Shown here in pieces: positions 50,938 through 61,235 of a stretch of DNA of 64,000 nt (its first letter is position 1; each line of letters starts with the position of its first letter). The position numbers were made by a program, and so were the translations under genes. The DNA comes from a virus (lineage: Duplodnaviria; Heunggongvirae; Uroviricota; Caudoviricetes). The notes under the pieces are model-generated. The model was given only the letters and a program-made list of their open reading frames with translations. It searched no databases and was not told the DNA's origin. The stretch lies in the IMG/VR virus record IMGVR_UViG_3300023297_000003. One strand, written 5' to 3'.

Positions 50938-52995
50938 ATGAGGACGAACACCGACCCGAGAGTGGTGAAGGACAGCGGCATCCAGGCCGAGGGAACCTTC
51001 GGGATCTCCTTCGAGAACCAGACGCACATCATGATGATCCTGCGTGACACGCTCTACACCGATAAGGTACTGGCGGTCCTGCGGGAGTATGCCTCCAACG
51101 CCTGGGACGCCCACCGGGACGCTGGGAAGCCCGACGTCCCCATTAAGGTGACGTTGCCCACCGTAATGGAACCCAACCTGATCATCCGTGACTACGGGTT
51201 GGGGATGTCCGACGACGACGTGTTCCGCATCTACACCCAGTACGGCGAGAGCACCAAGCGGGACTCGGACAATGCGGTCGGGATGCTTGGCATCGGTTCC
51301 AAGTCAGGCTTCGCCTACTCGGACAGCTTCACTGTCACCTCCTGGCACGGTGGTGTGAAGCGGGTGTACGTTGCGGTGCTGGACGCCACGAACGCAGGCG
51401 AAATGAAACGCCTCTACGAGGAAATCTGCGGGGACGAGACCGGAGTGGAGATCCAGATCCCGGTGCAACCCCAAGACGTCGCTGAGTTCGAGACCAAGGC
51501 CCAGCGCCTGTTCCCCTACTTCACCCCGCTCCCTGAGATCAACTGCACCCTCCCCACGTTGGAGAAAACGGTTGGCACCCACGGCTACTACTCGGGTTCA
51601 GGACGCCAGGGCTGGGTCGCCATCATGGGTTGCGTGCCCTACCGCATCAACGTCGACCAACTTCCCGCCGATGCAGACGTTTCCTACAGCATCCTGCACA
51701 GGACCAGCGGGGCGCTCTTCTTCGCCATCGGGGACGTTCAGGTTTCCGCCAACCGGGAGGAACTGAAGTACTCGGACAGTACGAAGAAGGCCCTCATCCG
51801 CAAATTCCAGCTCCTCCAGGAAGACTACGTTGAGGACATGCTCAAGACCCTGCGGAGCAGGAAGGCCAACCACTGGGAGCGACGCATCAAGATCAGCAAC
51901 GTCAAACACTCCCTAAAGCTCCCAGTCCCCGACTCCTTCAAGGAGTTCGCAGCCACCTCGGTGGCCCTGTACAAGCAGGAAGAGGCCCCCGACCTGTTCA
52001 CCATCATGATGGGGGACCGGGGAATAGGCCTCCCAGTGAACGGCTACACCAAGCTCGTAATCCAGGATGACCGCCGACCACTGGCTGGCTTTTACCTGGA
52101 CTACCACGACTTCGTCATTAAGGTGCCCAAGGGTACCGACTTGGACGCAGTCCGCAAGGAACTGGACGCAGTCCTAGAAAAGGCCAAACTGACGGGCATC
52201 CCCATCGAGAACCTGTCCAACTACACCTGGGCGGAGCAATACACCCAGACGGGGTCGATACGGATCCCCAACAAGAAACATCAGGTCAAGGCCTTCGCCC
52301 TGAAGGAGGACACCCGCTGCTTCCGGCATCCTTGGTCCGACAACTGGAAGATCAAAAAACGGGAACCGACCGATGTTGACGTGTACATCGTCATGGAAAA
52401 ATTCCAGGAGGTAGGCAACGAGGACTTCTACACCCTCTACAGCCAAGACAGAGATCTGGCCAAGGGCCTGGGCATCGAGATGCCTCCCGTGTACGGGTAC
52501 AAGAGCACGGAAAAGAACCCCGTGGCCCCCGACACCCTCAAGGGCACATCCTACCGGGAATGGCGGGTCGGATTCTTCCGCTCGCAACTCACCCCTGAGC
52601 GGAAGAAGATCCTCCAGACCCTCCGCTGGGCCGACGTGTTCAGCGACTGCGACTGGGACTTCCGCTCCGTGATAAGAAACACTGATGAGTTCCTGGCCCT
52701 CCTGCACCAGGAACTGGGCGGCTGGCATCTCCTCTACAAGTACTTCCGCCACTACGCCAAGGCCCGTCGCCTCAAGGTGGACAACAGGAACACCCTGAAC
52801 AGTCTGCTGCAAACACTGGGGGAGAACAGTGTTCCCTACAAGGCTGACATAGCAACGCAGGAAATGAAGGACACCTATCCCCTGTTCGTTGCCCACCGGG
52901 GCATCTACAAACTCCGGGGAAAGCAGGCCAAACTGTGGTTCGATTACATTCGTATGGTAGACCGGGATCATCTGGCGAGCCAGCAGAGTAGTTAG
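50938..52995 (+). CDS. rIIA: rIIA-like protein (GHKL ATPase N-terminus)
   Basis: LYTDK.LAVLREYASNAWDAH, IRDYGLGMS, GMLGIGSKS, SANREELKY. Confidence 0.9.
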   Translation: MRTNTDPRVVKDSGIQAEGTFGISFENQTHIMMILRDTLYTDKVLAVLREYASNAWDAHRDAGKPDVPIKVTLPTVMEPNLIIRDYGLGMSDDDVFRIYTQYGESTKRDSDNAVGMLGIGSKSGFAYSDSFTVTSWHGGVKRVYVAVLDATNAGEMKRLYEEICGDETGVEIQIPVQPQDVAEFETKAQRLFPYFTPLPEINCTLPTLEKTVGTHGYYSGSGRQGWVAIMGCVPYRINVDQLPADADVSYSILHRTSGALFFAIGDVQVSANREELKYSDSTKKALIRKFQLLQEDYVEDMLKTLRSRKANHWERRIKISNVKHSLKLPVPDSFKEFAATSVALYKQEEAPDLFTIMMGDRGIGLPVNGYTKLVIQDDRRPLAGFYLDYHDFVIKVPKGTDLDAVRKELDAVLEKAKLTGIPIENLSNYTWAEQYTQTGSIRIPNKKHQVKAFALKEDTRCFRHPWSDNWKIKKREPTDVDVYIVMEKFQEVGNEDFYTLYSQDRDLAKGLGIEMPPVYGYKSTEKNPVAPDTLKGTSYREWRVGFFRSQLTPERKKILQTLRWADVFSDCDWDFRSVIRNTDEFLALLHQELGGWHLLYKYFRHYAKARRLKVDNRNTLNSLLQTLGENSVPYKADIATQEMKDTYPLFVAHRGIYKLRGKQAKLWFDYIRMVDRDHLASQQSS
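52965..52991 (+). promoter_or_regulatory. GGATCATC-N13-GAGTAG promoter-like motif
   Basis: Exact match upstream of rIIB. Confidence 0.7.
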
Positions 52996-53019
52996 AGTGT
53001 CACAACGGAGGAGGAACCT

Positions 53020-53997
53020 ATGAGCTACGTTTACACGGTTACGAAAGAGAGCGTCACGGTCATGGTGGAGGGCAAGCCCATCACCGTGTCCAAGGACTCC
53101 CTGAACTTCACGGGCCTGCGGGATGCCCTGATGGCAGAGGATTGGGATGCCGTGCCCGGCTACCTGACGGTGGCCAAGGGCGTGGAGTCCTGGGCCAAGG
53201 GCAACTTCACGGTGAAGGGCGGCAGCGTCTACTGCAAGGGTGAGGCGGTCCCCACCAACCTGAACCAGCGGATCCTCGAAGCCGCCACCCAGGGCAGCGA
53301 CCCGACCTACCTGATGAAGTTCTGGGAGCGCCTCCAGGCGAACCCGTCCTGGAGTTCCGTGACCCAGCTCTTCGGGTTCCTGAAGCACGAGGGCATCCCC
53401 ATCGACCAGGACGGCTGCTTCCTGGCGTACAAGTCGGTGCGGCGGGACTACATGGATCACCACAGCCGCACGGTGGCGAACACCATCGGGTCCGAACACG
53501 AGATGCCCCGTAACAAGATCTCGGACGACCCGACGAAGGCGTGCCACATCGGCTACCACGTCGGGGCGCTGGGCTATGCCAGCACCTTTCACGCCGGGGA
53601 CGGAAGCCGCATCGTGATCTGCAAGGTGGACCCGGCGGACGTTGTGTGCATCCCCCATGACGTCGACCAGATGAAGATGCGGGTGTGCAAGTACAAGGTG
53701 ATTGGACACCACGCCCACCAGCTCCCCTCCTCCACGATGGCGACGATGTCCAAGGGTTCGGCGGTCAAGAAGAGCCGCAAGGTCAAGAAGGCCGAGAAGA
53801 AGATCGATGCGAAGAACCACCGGCTGGATGAGGCCGAGTACGCCCGGCTGGACGGCTGCGACAACTTCCAGCTCTTGGAGGAGAGCCTCAAGACCCTGCG
53901 GAAGTACGCCGCCCACCACCTGAGGATCGTCGGGGCCTGCAAGATCCCTGGTGGAAAGCTGGCCCTCGTGGATGCCATCCTGAAGGTCCAGGGGTAG
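53020..53997 (+). CDS. rIIB: rIIB-like protein
   Basis: FWERLQANPS, DGCFLAYK, MPRNKISDDP...C..GYHVG, KVDPADVV, KMRVCKY. Confidence 0.9.
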   Translation: MSYVYTVTKESVTVMVEGKPITVSKDSLNFTGLRDALMAEDWDAVPGYLTVAKGVESWAKGNFTVKGGSVYCKGEAVPTNLNQRILEAATQGSDPTYLMKFWERLQANPSWSSVTQLFGFLKHEGIPIDQDGCFLAYKSVRRDYMDHHSRTVANTIGSEHEMPRNKISDDPTKACHIGYHVGALGYASTFHAGDGSRIVICKVDPADVVCIPHDVDQMKMRVCKYKVIGHHAHQLPSSTMATMSKGSAVKKSRKVKKAEKKIDAKNHRLDEAEYARLDGCDNFQLLEESLKTLRKYAAHHLRIVGACKIPGGKLALVDAILKVQG

Positions 53998-54503
53998 AGT
54001 ACTTCCGCTCGCAACCCTGAAGAAATGCTCTCCTCCAAAACCAGTCGTAAAAGCGAGGTGGCATCTCGGGCGTAGTCCGTTGCCTTGTGGAGAGCATGCC
54101 GCCGTTTCCTGACCATGTCCTCAGAATTTTGTTTATGTGTGCCTAGTCTAAGATGTTTAGGATTGCAACAGCCAGGTGTGTCACAGGAATGCAAAACACA
54201 GGATTTTCCCGGTTCTTTCAAGTGAGTTAAAGCCCAAGCTACTCTGTGTGCCATCCAGGGTTTCCCATTCATCATAAACTGACCGTAACCCTTCCCGGTA
54301 CAGGATGCCTGCCACAACCAACAATCATCTTCCTTTAGGACAGACACCTTTTTCCAGAACCTTTCCTGAAGAGCACCGTCATCTAACGCTTGTCTCCTTT
54401 TTGTAGGATGGTGGTAGTTATAACAACTTTTGCACATCCCACGAGCAAATTTCTTAACTGTGTCCCAATCTCTACCACAACGTTGACAAACATTCGTCTT
54501 CAT
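53589..54503 (-). CDS. HNH homing endonuclease (C-terminal tail overlaps rIIB antisense)
   Basis: RFWKKV, CWLW, GYGQF, AHRVAW, VLHSCDTPGCCNPKHL..GT..QN. Confidence 0.8.
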   Translation of the reverse strand: MKTNVCQRCGRDWDTVKKFARGMCKSCYNYHHPTKRRQALDDGALQERFWKKVSVLKEDDCWLWQASCTGKGYGQFMMNGKPWMAHRVAWALTHLKEPGKSCVLHSCDTPGCCNPKHLRLGTHKQNSEDMVRKRRHALHKATDYARDATSLLRLVLEESISSGLRAEVLYPWTFRMASTRASFPPGILQAPTILRWWAAYFRRVLRLSSKSWKLSQPSSRAYSASSSRWFFASIFFSAFLTLRLFLTAEPLDIVAIVEEGSWWAWCPITLYLHTRIFIWSTSWGMHTTSAGSTLQITMRLPSPA

Positions 54504-54505
54504 AG

Positions 54506-55777
54506 TCAACAATGCTGTAGTAATTTTTTACTTTCATTGTCTTTTATAGTGGCGGGGACTATAGACTCCCGCCCTTCGTCAAACAAACCATCAGAAGTCC
54601 AAAAGAACCCTTTGCGATTTATTTGACTTAGCCGTACCCACCATGGGATCTCAAAGAGACCGAGTTTCAAGTTGGAAGCCGCATTCAAATCAGCATCAGT
54701 GGTAAAGCCACATTTGCCACATTTGAACGTCTTGCCTTTCCTGTTACTCTTACGGACCCAGCCACACAAGCTACACCTCTGAGACCTGAACTCGTTCGCA
54801 ACCTCTCGAAAAAGGAAACCTTCCTCCTCTGAGAGACGAACAAGTTTGTCTTTGATCAAAGTGTAACGCCAATGTGACATGTATCGTGAACTCCGCTTTG
54901 ATAAGCGGAGATGCTTGATCTTTTCAAAACGAACTTCCCTTACGTCCTTGAAGTTGAGTTGGTTCAATGACCAATGAATGTAGTTTTTACGATGCTCTTG
55001 GGCGCAACGAAAACCATTCGATCCCTTTTGCTTACGAGCAAGTTTTGCTTGGATCGTTTGGAGGTTATGCCCGTGAGGACACGACAGTGTCGTTGCACCA
55101 TTTGAAAGAGTCAGCGCAGTTGTTATACCTTGGTCTGCACCAACTACCTGACTCCCTGAAGCGTTTTTGTTTGGTACTTCGTAAACTAAATGTAGTGTGT
55201 CCTCAGAGATTCTAACACACACTTTCAGGATCCCCTTAGTCTGCCACTTGTTAGAACATCGAGTTCTTTTGATAGGGATTCTAATGTATGGAGTCCCAAG
55301 GGATGAGAGTTGGACAAACAAAAAGAGGTCTGTCTCTTGGAAACCCACAAAGCGTGAATCTAATTCCAGCTTGATTCCTGAAGCGTTTGGCTTAACAAGA
55401 GGTTGCTGGTCAATTTTCGACTGAAGGCGTTTGTACTTGCCTCCTTCTCGCTGAAGGTTGGCTAACACAAAAAGTTGTTTCCGTCGTTTTTCTGTTGCTG
55501 CCTTGAGCATCATGATAGCTTGTTTACCAGCAGCTTGTTGAAGCCTTGCTGACATCTCTGTTGGGAACTGTTTGAGGTATTTTGTGGGTAGAAGGCTCTT
55601 ACCTTTGAAATCCAGCCTGTTTGAGCTTGGATGAACTCCCCATGTTGAAAAACCATTCTCCCATATATCGTTTATGATTTGTTGGGTAAAAAGGCGGTAC
55701 TCTCCGATAAGCTCTCCTACCAATTGCACCTTACCTGGGTTTGTAAACCGCAAACTATGGGCAGAAGACCTAATCAT
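54506..55777 (-). CDS. tnpB: TnpB family RNA-guided endonuclease (second lineage)
   Basis: VGADQG, FEKIK, SQRCSLCG, FKCGKCG, DADLNAASNL; AT-rich. Confidence 0.88.
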   Translation of the reverse strand: MIRSSAHSLRFTNPGKVQLVGELIGEYRLFTQQIINDIWENGFSTWGVHPSSNRLDFKGKSLLPTKYLKQFPTEMSARLQQAAGKQAIMMLKAATEKRRKQLFVLANLQREGGKYKRLQSKIDQQPLVKPNASGIKLELDSRFVGFQETDLFLFVQLSSLGTPYIRIPIKRTRCSNKWQTKGILKVCVRISEDTLHLVYEVPNKNASGSQVVGADQGITTALTLSNGATTLSCPHGHNLQTIQAKLARKQKGSNGFRCAQEHRKNYIHWSLNQLNFKDVREVRFEKIKHLRLSKRSSRYMSHWRYTLIKDKLVRLSEEEGFLFREVANEFRSQRCSLCGWVRKSNRKGKTFKCGKCGFTTDADLNAASNLKLGLFEIPWWVRLSQINRKGFFWTSDGLFDEGRESIVPATIKDNESKKLLQHC

Positions 55778-55957
55778 TTAGCCACCTTAAGTTCCCAACC
55801 CCATGATCGTAGTTTACTAAAGGAAAACAGAAAATACAAGCCTTCTTACCGAAGCAGACGATACCCCCACTATAACCAGTAGACCCAAGATGTCTACTGG
55901 TACAGCACCTGTCGGCTCGGTAGAGCGGTTATTAGGCCCACTCCGTAGGGAGGGGCT

Positions 55958-56278
55958 ATGCTCAAAGTGAACACCGTCTACGGACTTGTAACAGCCTCTG
56001 GTGCTGTCTCAGGAACTGCCCTTGTGACCCGACCCCGAGATGGCTTCCGCCATCTGTTCCTTGTGACACTCTCTGCAGCAGGGATCGTGTGGGTCGAGGC
56101 CGCTGTTGATCCGGGGGTGTCACCCATCCGCTGGGTACCTGTATCGGCTACCGTCACAGTTTCAGGCGAGATCCCCCTGGAGGGGAACGTCACCAACTTG
56201 AGGGTAGCGTGGAGCGGTAACGCCGGGTTGGTTACGGTCGATTTGCTCCAGTCAGCCCTCATCCCCGACGTTTATTGA
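55958..56278 (+). CDS. Small beta-sandwich protein, probably virion-associated
   Basis: GGGAGG RBS; paralog of next gene. Confidence 0.7.
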   Translation: MLKVNTVYGLVTASGAVSGTALVTRPRDGFRHLFLVTLSAAGIVWVEAAVDPGVSPIRWVPVSATVTVSGEIPLEGNVTNLRVAWSGNAGLVTVDLLQSALIPDVY

Positions 56279-56286
56279 GGTGATAG

Positions 56287-56610
56287 ATGCTTGACCTGAA
56301 TGAGACCTACGGGTTTGTGGAAGCCTCAGTTGCTGGGGCAGACAATGCAGAGATGGTACGATCCCAGGATGGATTCCGTGTTCTTTTCCTTGTGACCCTC
56401 TCGGCGGCTGGGAATGTTTGGGTCGAAGCGGCAGCGGAACCTGTACATCCGGGCCTCATCCGTTGGGTGCCCATCTCCGGAACCGTCACGACCACGGACA
56501 GCATCGCCGTGTCTGGGAACTTCCAAAATCTCAGGGTTATCTGGACAGCAAACACAGGCACCGTGTCCGTGGACCTAGTTCAGTCTGCCTTAAGCCCAAA
56601 AGCATACTGA
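56287..56610 (+). CDS. Tandem paralog of 55958-56278
   Basis: Shared DGFR.LFLVTLSAAG.VWVEAA, IRWVP, NLRV.W, VDL.QSAL. Confidence 0.7.
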   Translation: MLDLNETYGFVEASVAGADNAEMVRSQDGFRVLFLVTLSAAGNVWVEAAAEPVHPGLIRWVPISGTVTTTDSIAVSGNFQNLRVIWTANTGTVSVDLVQSALSPKAY

Positions 56611-56650
56611 GAGCTTCATGTTTGACTAGGTATTTCCGAGGAGGTGTAAA

Positions 56651-58240
56651 ATGCCCACTGGTGGAGGATTCAATCAGGGAATTGAGGGACCTCCCTCTGG
56701 TCCTGCCGGAGGCGACCTTGCTGGAACCTATCCCAACCCAACTGTTCCGGGGGTCGCCAGTCTGACAACACAGAGGGACAGCCAACAGGATCCTACAGGG
56801 TTTTCACGCCCTGAGAACGTGACGGTCAGCTACGACTCCACGACTCGCCAAGTTACGGTCACCCAAGGCGGTGGCATAAAGGTGCTGTTCAATGGGGTGG
56901 AATACACTGTTGCCAGCCCCTGGGTAAGTTCCGCCCACACCGCTGCTGCAAACATTTATTATCTTACCTATGTCCTTGCAGGAGGGCCACCCACCGTTCC
57001 TACCTTGTCGTGGTCCACAACATTTTGGGAGTACTACGAAGGTCTGGTTGCCTATGTGAACTATGAGCAGCCAGCGGGGGTGAGCTTCTCCCAGCGGGAA
57101 TGTCATGGACTGATGCCTTGGCAAAGCCACGAGGTACTACACTATCAGATTGGGACGTTCCGGGACAGCGGACTGACACTCACGGGGGGCACCTATACAA
57201 TCCAACCGGGGGCACCCGCTGATGCGGACAACACGCCGGGAGTCGATCAGGGAGTCGTTCAGGATGAGGATTTGCAAACCACAATTGCTGCCTGGATCCA
57301 GGGGACATACACGACGATGCGACTCACAGGAGCCGGTATTTCGGCTTACGATAACACCGCCGTCGTCCCTTACCGCAGTGCCGCTTCCTATATGTACTGC
57401 AACACGTACAATCCTGGAACGGGGACGTTCAGTGAGGACACTGCCAGCAACGGAAAATACCTGAACGTCTATGGGATTGCTATCCCCACAACAGCAGATG
57501 TCGCTTCACAAACTTATCGCATCCTGTGGATCCAACCGCAAATACAATACTCGTCTCTCGCTGAAGCTCAGGGTGAGGACTACAGGGAACTGCAATATGG
57601 TGACTTCCTTACGTTAGTCACGGAGTCTACTGTTTTTGTTCGTCTTACATTCCGAACGAATGCCTCGTATGGAACAACGGGCAAATGCCGCATCGAGGAT
57701 CTCACATACATCACAGGTAACAGGTCATCCCTGGTTAGCTCCGGTGGGGTTACAGCCTCGCACGCTCTGCTCACGGACAGGGAGGAACCGCTTCAGCATC
57801 CCGAAGAAGCCCTCTACCTCCAAGAGAGCACAACCCTCGCTGACCTGGAGTGGTCGGGAAGCACCCACAATCTCCCCTTTGCAGAGACCGCCGCCGTTGG
57901 TGACATCATGTACATTGATGCCAACGGGAAGGCGGCGAAGGCGCTCGGGGATGCTACGGGGCTTCTCCCTGTCCGGTACCTCGTACTGGAGACCGTGGAC
58001 GCCGCTGCTGTTGCAGCCTCTACCCCAATGCTGGTTCTTCAACGGGGTCTTTTCCGTAATGACGCTTGGGGCTGGGCGGTTGGTGGTCGGGCGGGAGCTT
58101 TGTATCTTCACGTCACGGTTGCAGGAACGATGCAGCAAGCGGTCCCTGGCAGCGGTGACTTCCTTCAGGTGGTAGGTGTTACCCGTTCCGCAACCATCAT
58201 CGAGTTCAATCCACCAGTGGTATGGGCTGAGGTCCCCTAA
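56651..58240 (+). CDS. Tail fibre/virion structural protein
   Basis: GPAGGDLAGTYPNPTV motif; Thr/Gly/Tyr-rich; C-terminal decoration-like domain. Confidence 0.65.
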   Translation: MPTGGGFNQGIEGPPSGPAGGDLAGTYPNPTVPGVASLTTQRDSQQDPTGFSRPENVTVSYDSTTRQVTVTQGGGIKVLFNGVEYTVASPWVSSAHTAAANIYYLTYVLAGGPPTVPTLSWSTTFWEYYEGLVAYVNYEQPAGVSFSQRECHGLMPWQSHEVLHYQIGTFRDSGLTLTGGTYTIQPGAPADADNTPGVDQGVVQDEDLQTTIAAWIQGTYTTMRLTGAGISAYDNTAVVPYRSAASYMYCNTYNPGTGTFSEDTASNGKYLNVYGIAIPTTADVASQTYRILWIQPQIQYSSLAEAQGEDYRELQYGDFLTLVTESTVFVRLTFRTNASYGTTGKCRIEDLTYITGNRSSLVSSGGVTASHALLTDREEPLQHPEEALYLQESTTLADLEWSGSTHNLPFAETAAVGDIMYIDANGKAAKALGDATGLLPVRYLVLETVDAAAVAASTPMLVLQRGLFRNDAWGWAVGGRAGALYLHVTVAGTMQQAVPGSGDFLQVVGVTRSATIIEFNPPVVWAEVP

Positions 58241-59391
58241 TGGCTGATCTGGACATAGGCGTAGGACAGACTTATGCCACGGTAGCAGTGGCCTATCTTG
58301 CTGCTGGCGTAGGGGACTCATTCCTCTATCACGCTACAGGGGGTGCCCCGACAACTTTCGATGAGCCACACACCCATTTTCTGCTAAATGGGCTGACCAT
58401 CAAGCCAGCTCCCGGTGACGAGGGACTGATTACGGTTAGACCTTCTGGTTCACCTGCTTATTTGTGGGTTGCGGAATCCGACATTATGCTAATTCAAGGA
58501 CTAAAACTTGCTCTTGGTGTTGGAACAGTTGACAAGTTCATTGGGATTCAGGGATGCAACGACGGCGTCATTGATAACTGCGAATTTACTGTCCCGAGTT
58601 TTGGTCGTGGAATCGATCTTGGTCCGGTACCGGCTGCGGCTGATGGGTGGACTGTTCAGGAGTGCAAGTTTACTTGCACGGGTAATGGCATAGGACTCTA
58701 CCCGGCATCTCTCTCTAATTTCGTGGTTAAGGATAGCACGTTCTTTGTAGAGAGCGGGCATGGGGTGTACAACTTCTACACAACAACACAGTTAGCTGAG
58801 CGTTGCAAATTCATTGGCGACGGTGTCAATCCCGGTCACGGACTATGTACCCTGCGTTACGGAACTGTTCGCAATTGTATTTTCGCTGACTTGGATTATG
58901 GTATACAAGGAGACCGTTTCAGCACCACTACAGGTGGGGTAAACAATAATACGTTCTATAACTGTACCCAGGGTATCCAGCTTGGAGTAAACGATGGTAT
59001 AGCTGCTCTTGACAATAACGCTTTTGTCAATTGTGGGACGGGGATTTATAGGTCCGCCTCGGTCAATACTCCCAACGCCCCGGACAGTAATTTGTTCTTC
59101 GGCAACGGAACCGACTACGTCAATTACACGCCCCCGATCAACTCCCAGACCACGAATCCTCTGTTTACAGATGCTGCAAATCAGGTTTTTACTTTCCCAA
59201 CAGGTTCACCTCTAGAAGACAATGGGAAAAATCTTGCAGGAATAGTGGATGATGATCACATAGGTACACCAAGACCCCAAGGACCAGCCTGGGATATCGG
59301 AGCTTATGAACTCGGTTGGAAAGGTGCCTTTTGTGGGGCGCTCCTATCAAAACTTTGTGGGAAAGTCATTACCCATTACTGTGGAGGGTAG
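58240..59391 (+). CDS. Right-handed beta-helix protein
   Basis: Periodic xxCxF/NNTF repeats; PRPQGPAWDIGAYE C-terminus. Confidence 0.75.
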   Translation: MADLDIGVGQTYATVAVAYLAAGVGDSFLYHATGGAPTTFDEPHTHFLLNGLTIKPAPGDEGLITVRPSGSPAYLWVAESDIMLIQGLKLALGVGTVDKFIGIQGCNDGVIDNCEFTVPSFGRGIDLGPVPAAADGWTVQECKFTCTGNGIGLYPASLSNFVVKDSTFFVESGHGVYNFYTTTQLAERCKFIGDGVNPGHGLCTLRYGTVRNCIFADLDYGIQGDRFSTTTGGVNNNTFYNCTQGIQLGVNDGIAALDNNAFVNCGTGIYRSASVNTPNAPDSNLFFGNGTDYVNYTPPINSQTTNPLFTDAANQVFTFPTGSPLEDNGKNLAGIVDDDHIGTPRPQGPAWDIGAYELGWKGAFCGALLSKLCGKVITHYCGG

Positions 59392-59395
59392 AAAA

Positions 59396-59767
59396 GTGGA
59401 CGTTTCTACCCTCTACGATGTGAACCAAGAAGTCTGGGTTGTAGATCACGAAGCCGAAATGGTGAACGTAGCATGCCCCCAGTGCGGGTCCACAGGAAGA
59501 CTGGCATCTCCCCAGGGACACGCCCGAGTCTGCCCCTCCTGCCAGGGGATGGCCAAACGCACCGGCCAGTTCGTTCTTTCTCCTCGTCTCGTTTCAATTC
59601 AAATGATGTACATCATTGGACGCCCGAGTGGCGTGTCTATCTTCTACAGGATGCGTGAGGTGCCCGACGTGAGCTTCCCCGAGGACAGCGTATATGAGTC
59701 CAAGGAAGCCACACAAACCGCAATGCAAATTCCCAAGACCCGTGCCGAAGAAGCTGTCAGCGAGTAG
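59396..59767 (+). CDS. DnaJ-type Zn-finger phage protein
   Basis: CPQCGSTG...CPSCQG. Confidence 0.65.
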   Translation: MDVSTLYDVNQEVWVVDHEAEMVNVACPQCGSTGRLASPQGHARVCPSCQGMAKRTGQFVLSPRLVSIQMMYIIGRPSGVSIFYRMREVPDVSFPEDSVYESKEATQTAMQIPKTRAEEAVSE

Positions 59768-59775
59768 ATGATGCC

Positions 59776-61230
59776 AGGAGGTTGAACCTGCTTCCTGAAA
59801 AGTTGGACAAACCTGGGCAAAGATGGCCACACACAAAACACATGAGGAAAAGACTTGACTTGGAGGAATGCCCTCTGTATCCTTTGAACTATGAGGAAGG
59901 TAACCCACGGCAGAGCTTGGTTTCCCGATCCAGAAAGGGGCCGGATTCTCTTCCTCATGAAGGTTCAAGCCTCTGCAGTTCGGGCAGCTTATCAACAAAT
60001 GCGACGGACAGGGGACTTTGGGAACCCTGTCAAGCGAGCACTAAAACCGCACTACATGACTGACCTGAACCAGCGATACATCGCTGATGCCTGTGGGTTT
60101 GCGGCCCAAAAGCGTAATGTACCCTCGGTGATCTTTGGGGGTAAGCGGGCTTGGAGAGACCTCCAAAGAGGCAAACTCTCCAAGGAGGACTGGGTACAGA
60201 AAAGAAACGCACTCCTCTACTCCCGAGGCGACAAGTCACACAAGGGCAACCCCAACATCCGTATCCAAGGGAACAAGATCCTTGTCAACGATCCTTCAGA
60301 AAGAGGACGTTGGATCGAGGGTATATTCTGGATGCCCAAGAAGTTTGACTTCAATCCTGATTGTTACGACGTGAGGCTTATCTATCGAAAAGGTCAAGTC
60401 GAGGTCAAGATCTCCTCGGAGTTTCCAACTCCTCGGATCGTAACGAAACCTGTCAGTCAGGGAGCCATTGGGATCGATTGCAACCCTGATGGTCTTGCAG
60501 TCGTTGAGACAAACGCCCAGGGCCAGCTAGTCCATCACCACTACGAGAACGAACAACGTATCCGTTTTGCTAGATCAGAGAAGCGGACCTATGATATCCG
60601 GTTGCTCGCAGCCCAAGTGGTCTTGTTTGCTTTCCTCACCAGGAAACCCCTGGTACTTGAACAATTGAGTTTCCGTGCAGGTAAACAAAAGGGTCCTAAG
60701 TTCAATCGGATGAAACACAACTTCCTCCATAAGCAGATGCTCGATGCTATCAGGTCCCGAGCAACTAAGATGGGTGTTGAGGTTATGGATGTCAACCCTG
60801 CGTTCACCTCCATCTTGGGCAAATTGAAATATCAGGATATGTACTCTTTGAATGTCCACACTGCTGCAGCGTTAGTGATAGCTCGCAGGGGTCAAGGATT
60901 TTTAGAGAGTCAACGTTTTACGGACAAGCTTACAGGTCGTGGGGGTTCTCGGATTAACCTGGAAGGAAGATCCCGAAAACATACTTTACGTCCGAAGGCT
61001 TGGTCGTGGTTAAGGGACGAGTTCCTGAAACCAAAGAATAGTCGCCCTCACAGGGCTGCTACCAGCTCCTGTAATGATACAGGCATGCGTAGTAACTTGG
61101 GTGAGATTCCCAAGGACGAATCCTCGACTATAACTGGTCGTCGGGGTCATTTACCTGAAGAGGTGGATGCTTAAGGTGGTGAAAGGACGCCAGAGAATTG
61201 GGTAAGTTTGTCCAATATCTCGAAACCAGG
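59776..61230 (+). mobile_element. Non-autonomous TnpB element (IS607-like), copy 2
   Basis: Ends homologous to copy 1. Confidence 0.7.
59891..61174 (+). CDS. tnpB: TnpB RNA-guided endonuclease, close paralog of 16324-17604
   Basis: Collinear high similarity, same motifs. Confidence 0.88.
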   Translation: MRKVTHGRAWFPDPERGRILFLMKVQASAVRAAYQQMRRTGDFGNPVKRALKPHYMTDLNQRYIADACGFAAQKRNVPSVIFGGKRAWRDLQRGKLSKEDWVQKRNALLYSRGDKSHKGNPNIRIQGNKILVNDPSERGRWIEGIFWMPKKFDFNPDCYDVRLIYRKGQVEVKISSEFPTPRIVTKPVSQGAIGIDCNPDGLAVVETNAQGQLVHHHYENEQRIRFARSEKRTYDIRLLAAQVVLFAFLTRKPLVLEQLSFRAGKQKGPKFNRMKHNFLHKQMLDAIRSRATKMGVEVMDVNPAFTSILGKLKYQDMYSLNVHTAAALVIARRGQGFLESQRFTDKLTGRGGSRINLEGRSRKHTLRPKAWSWLRDEFLKPKNSRPHRAATSSCNDTGMRSNLGEIPKDESSTITGRRGHLPEEVDA

Positions 61231-61235
61231 CATTA

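Noticed and set aside
53589-53997. Functional overlapping C-terminal extension of the HNH ORF
   Set aside because: Extension is the antisense of rIIB codons with no domain features; probably incidental readthrough
55880-55957. Late-promoter consensus upstream of virion genes
   Set aside because: Could not define a consistent motif from the few examples
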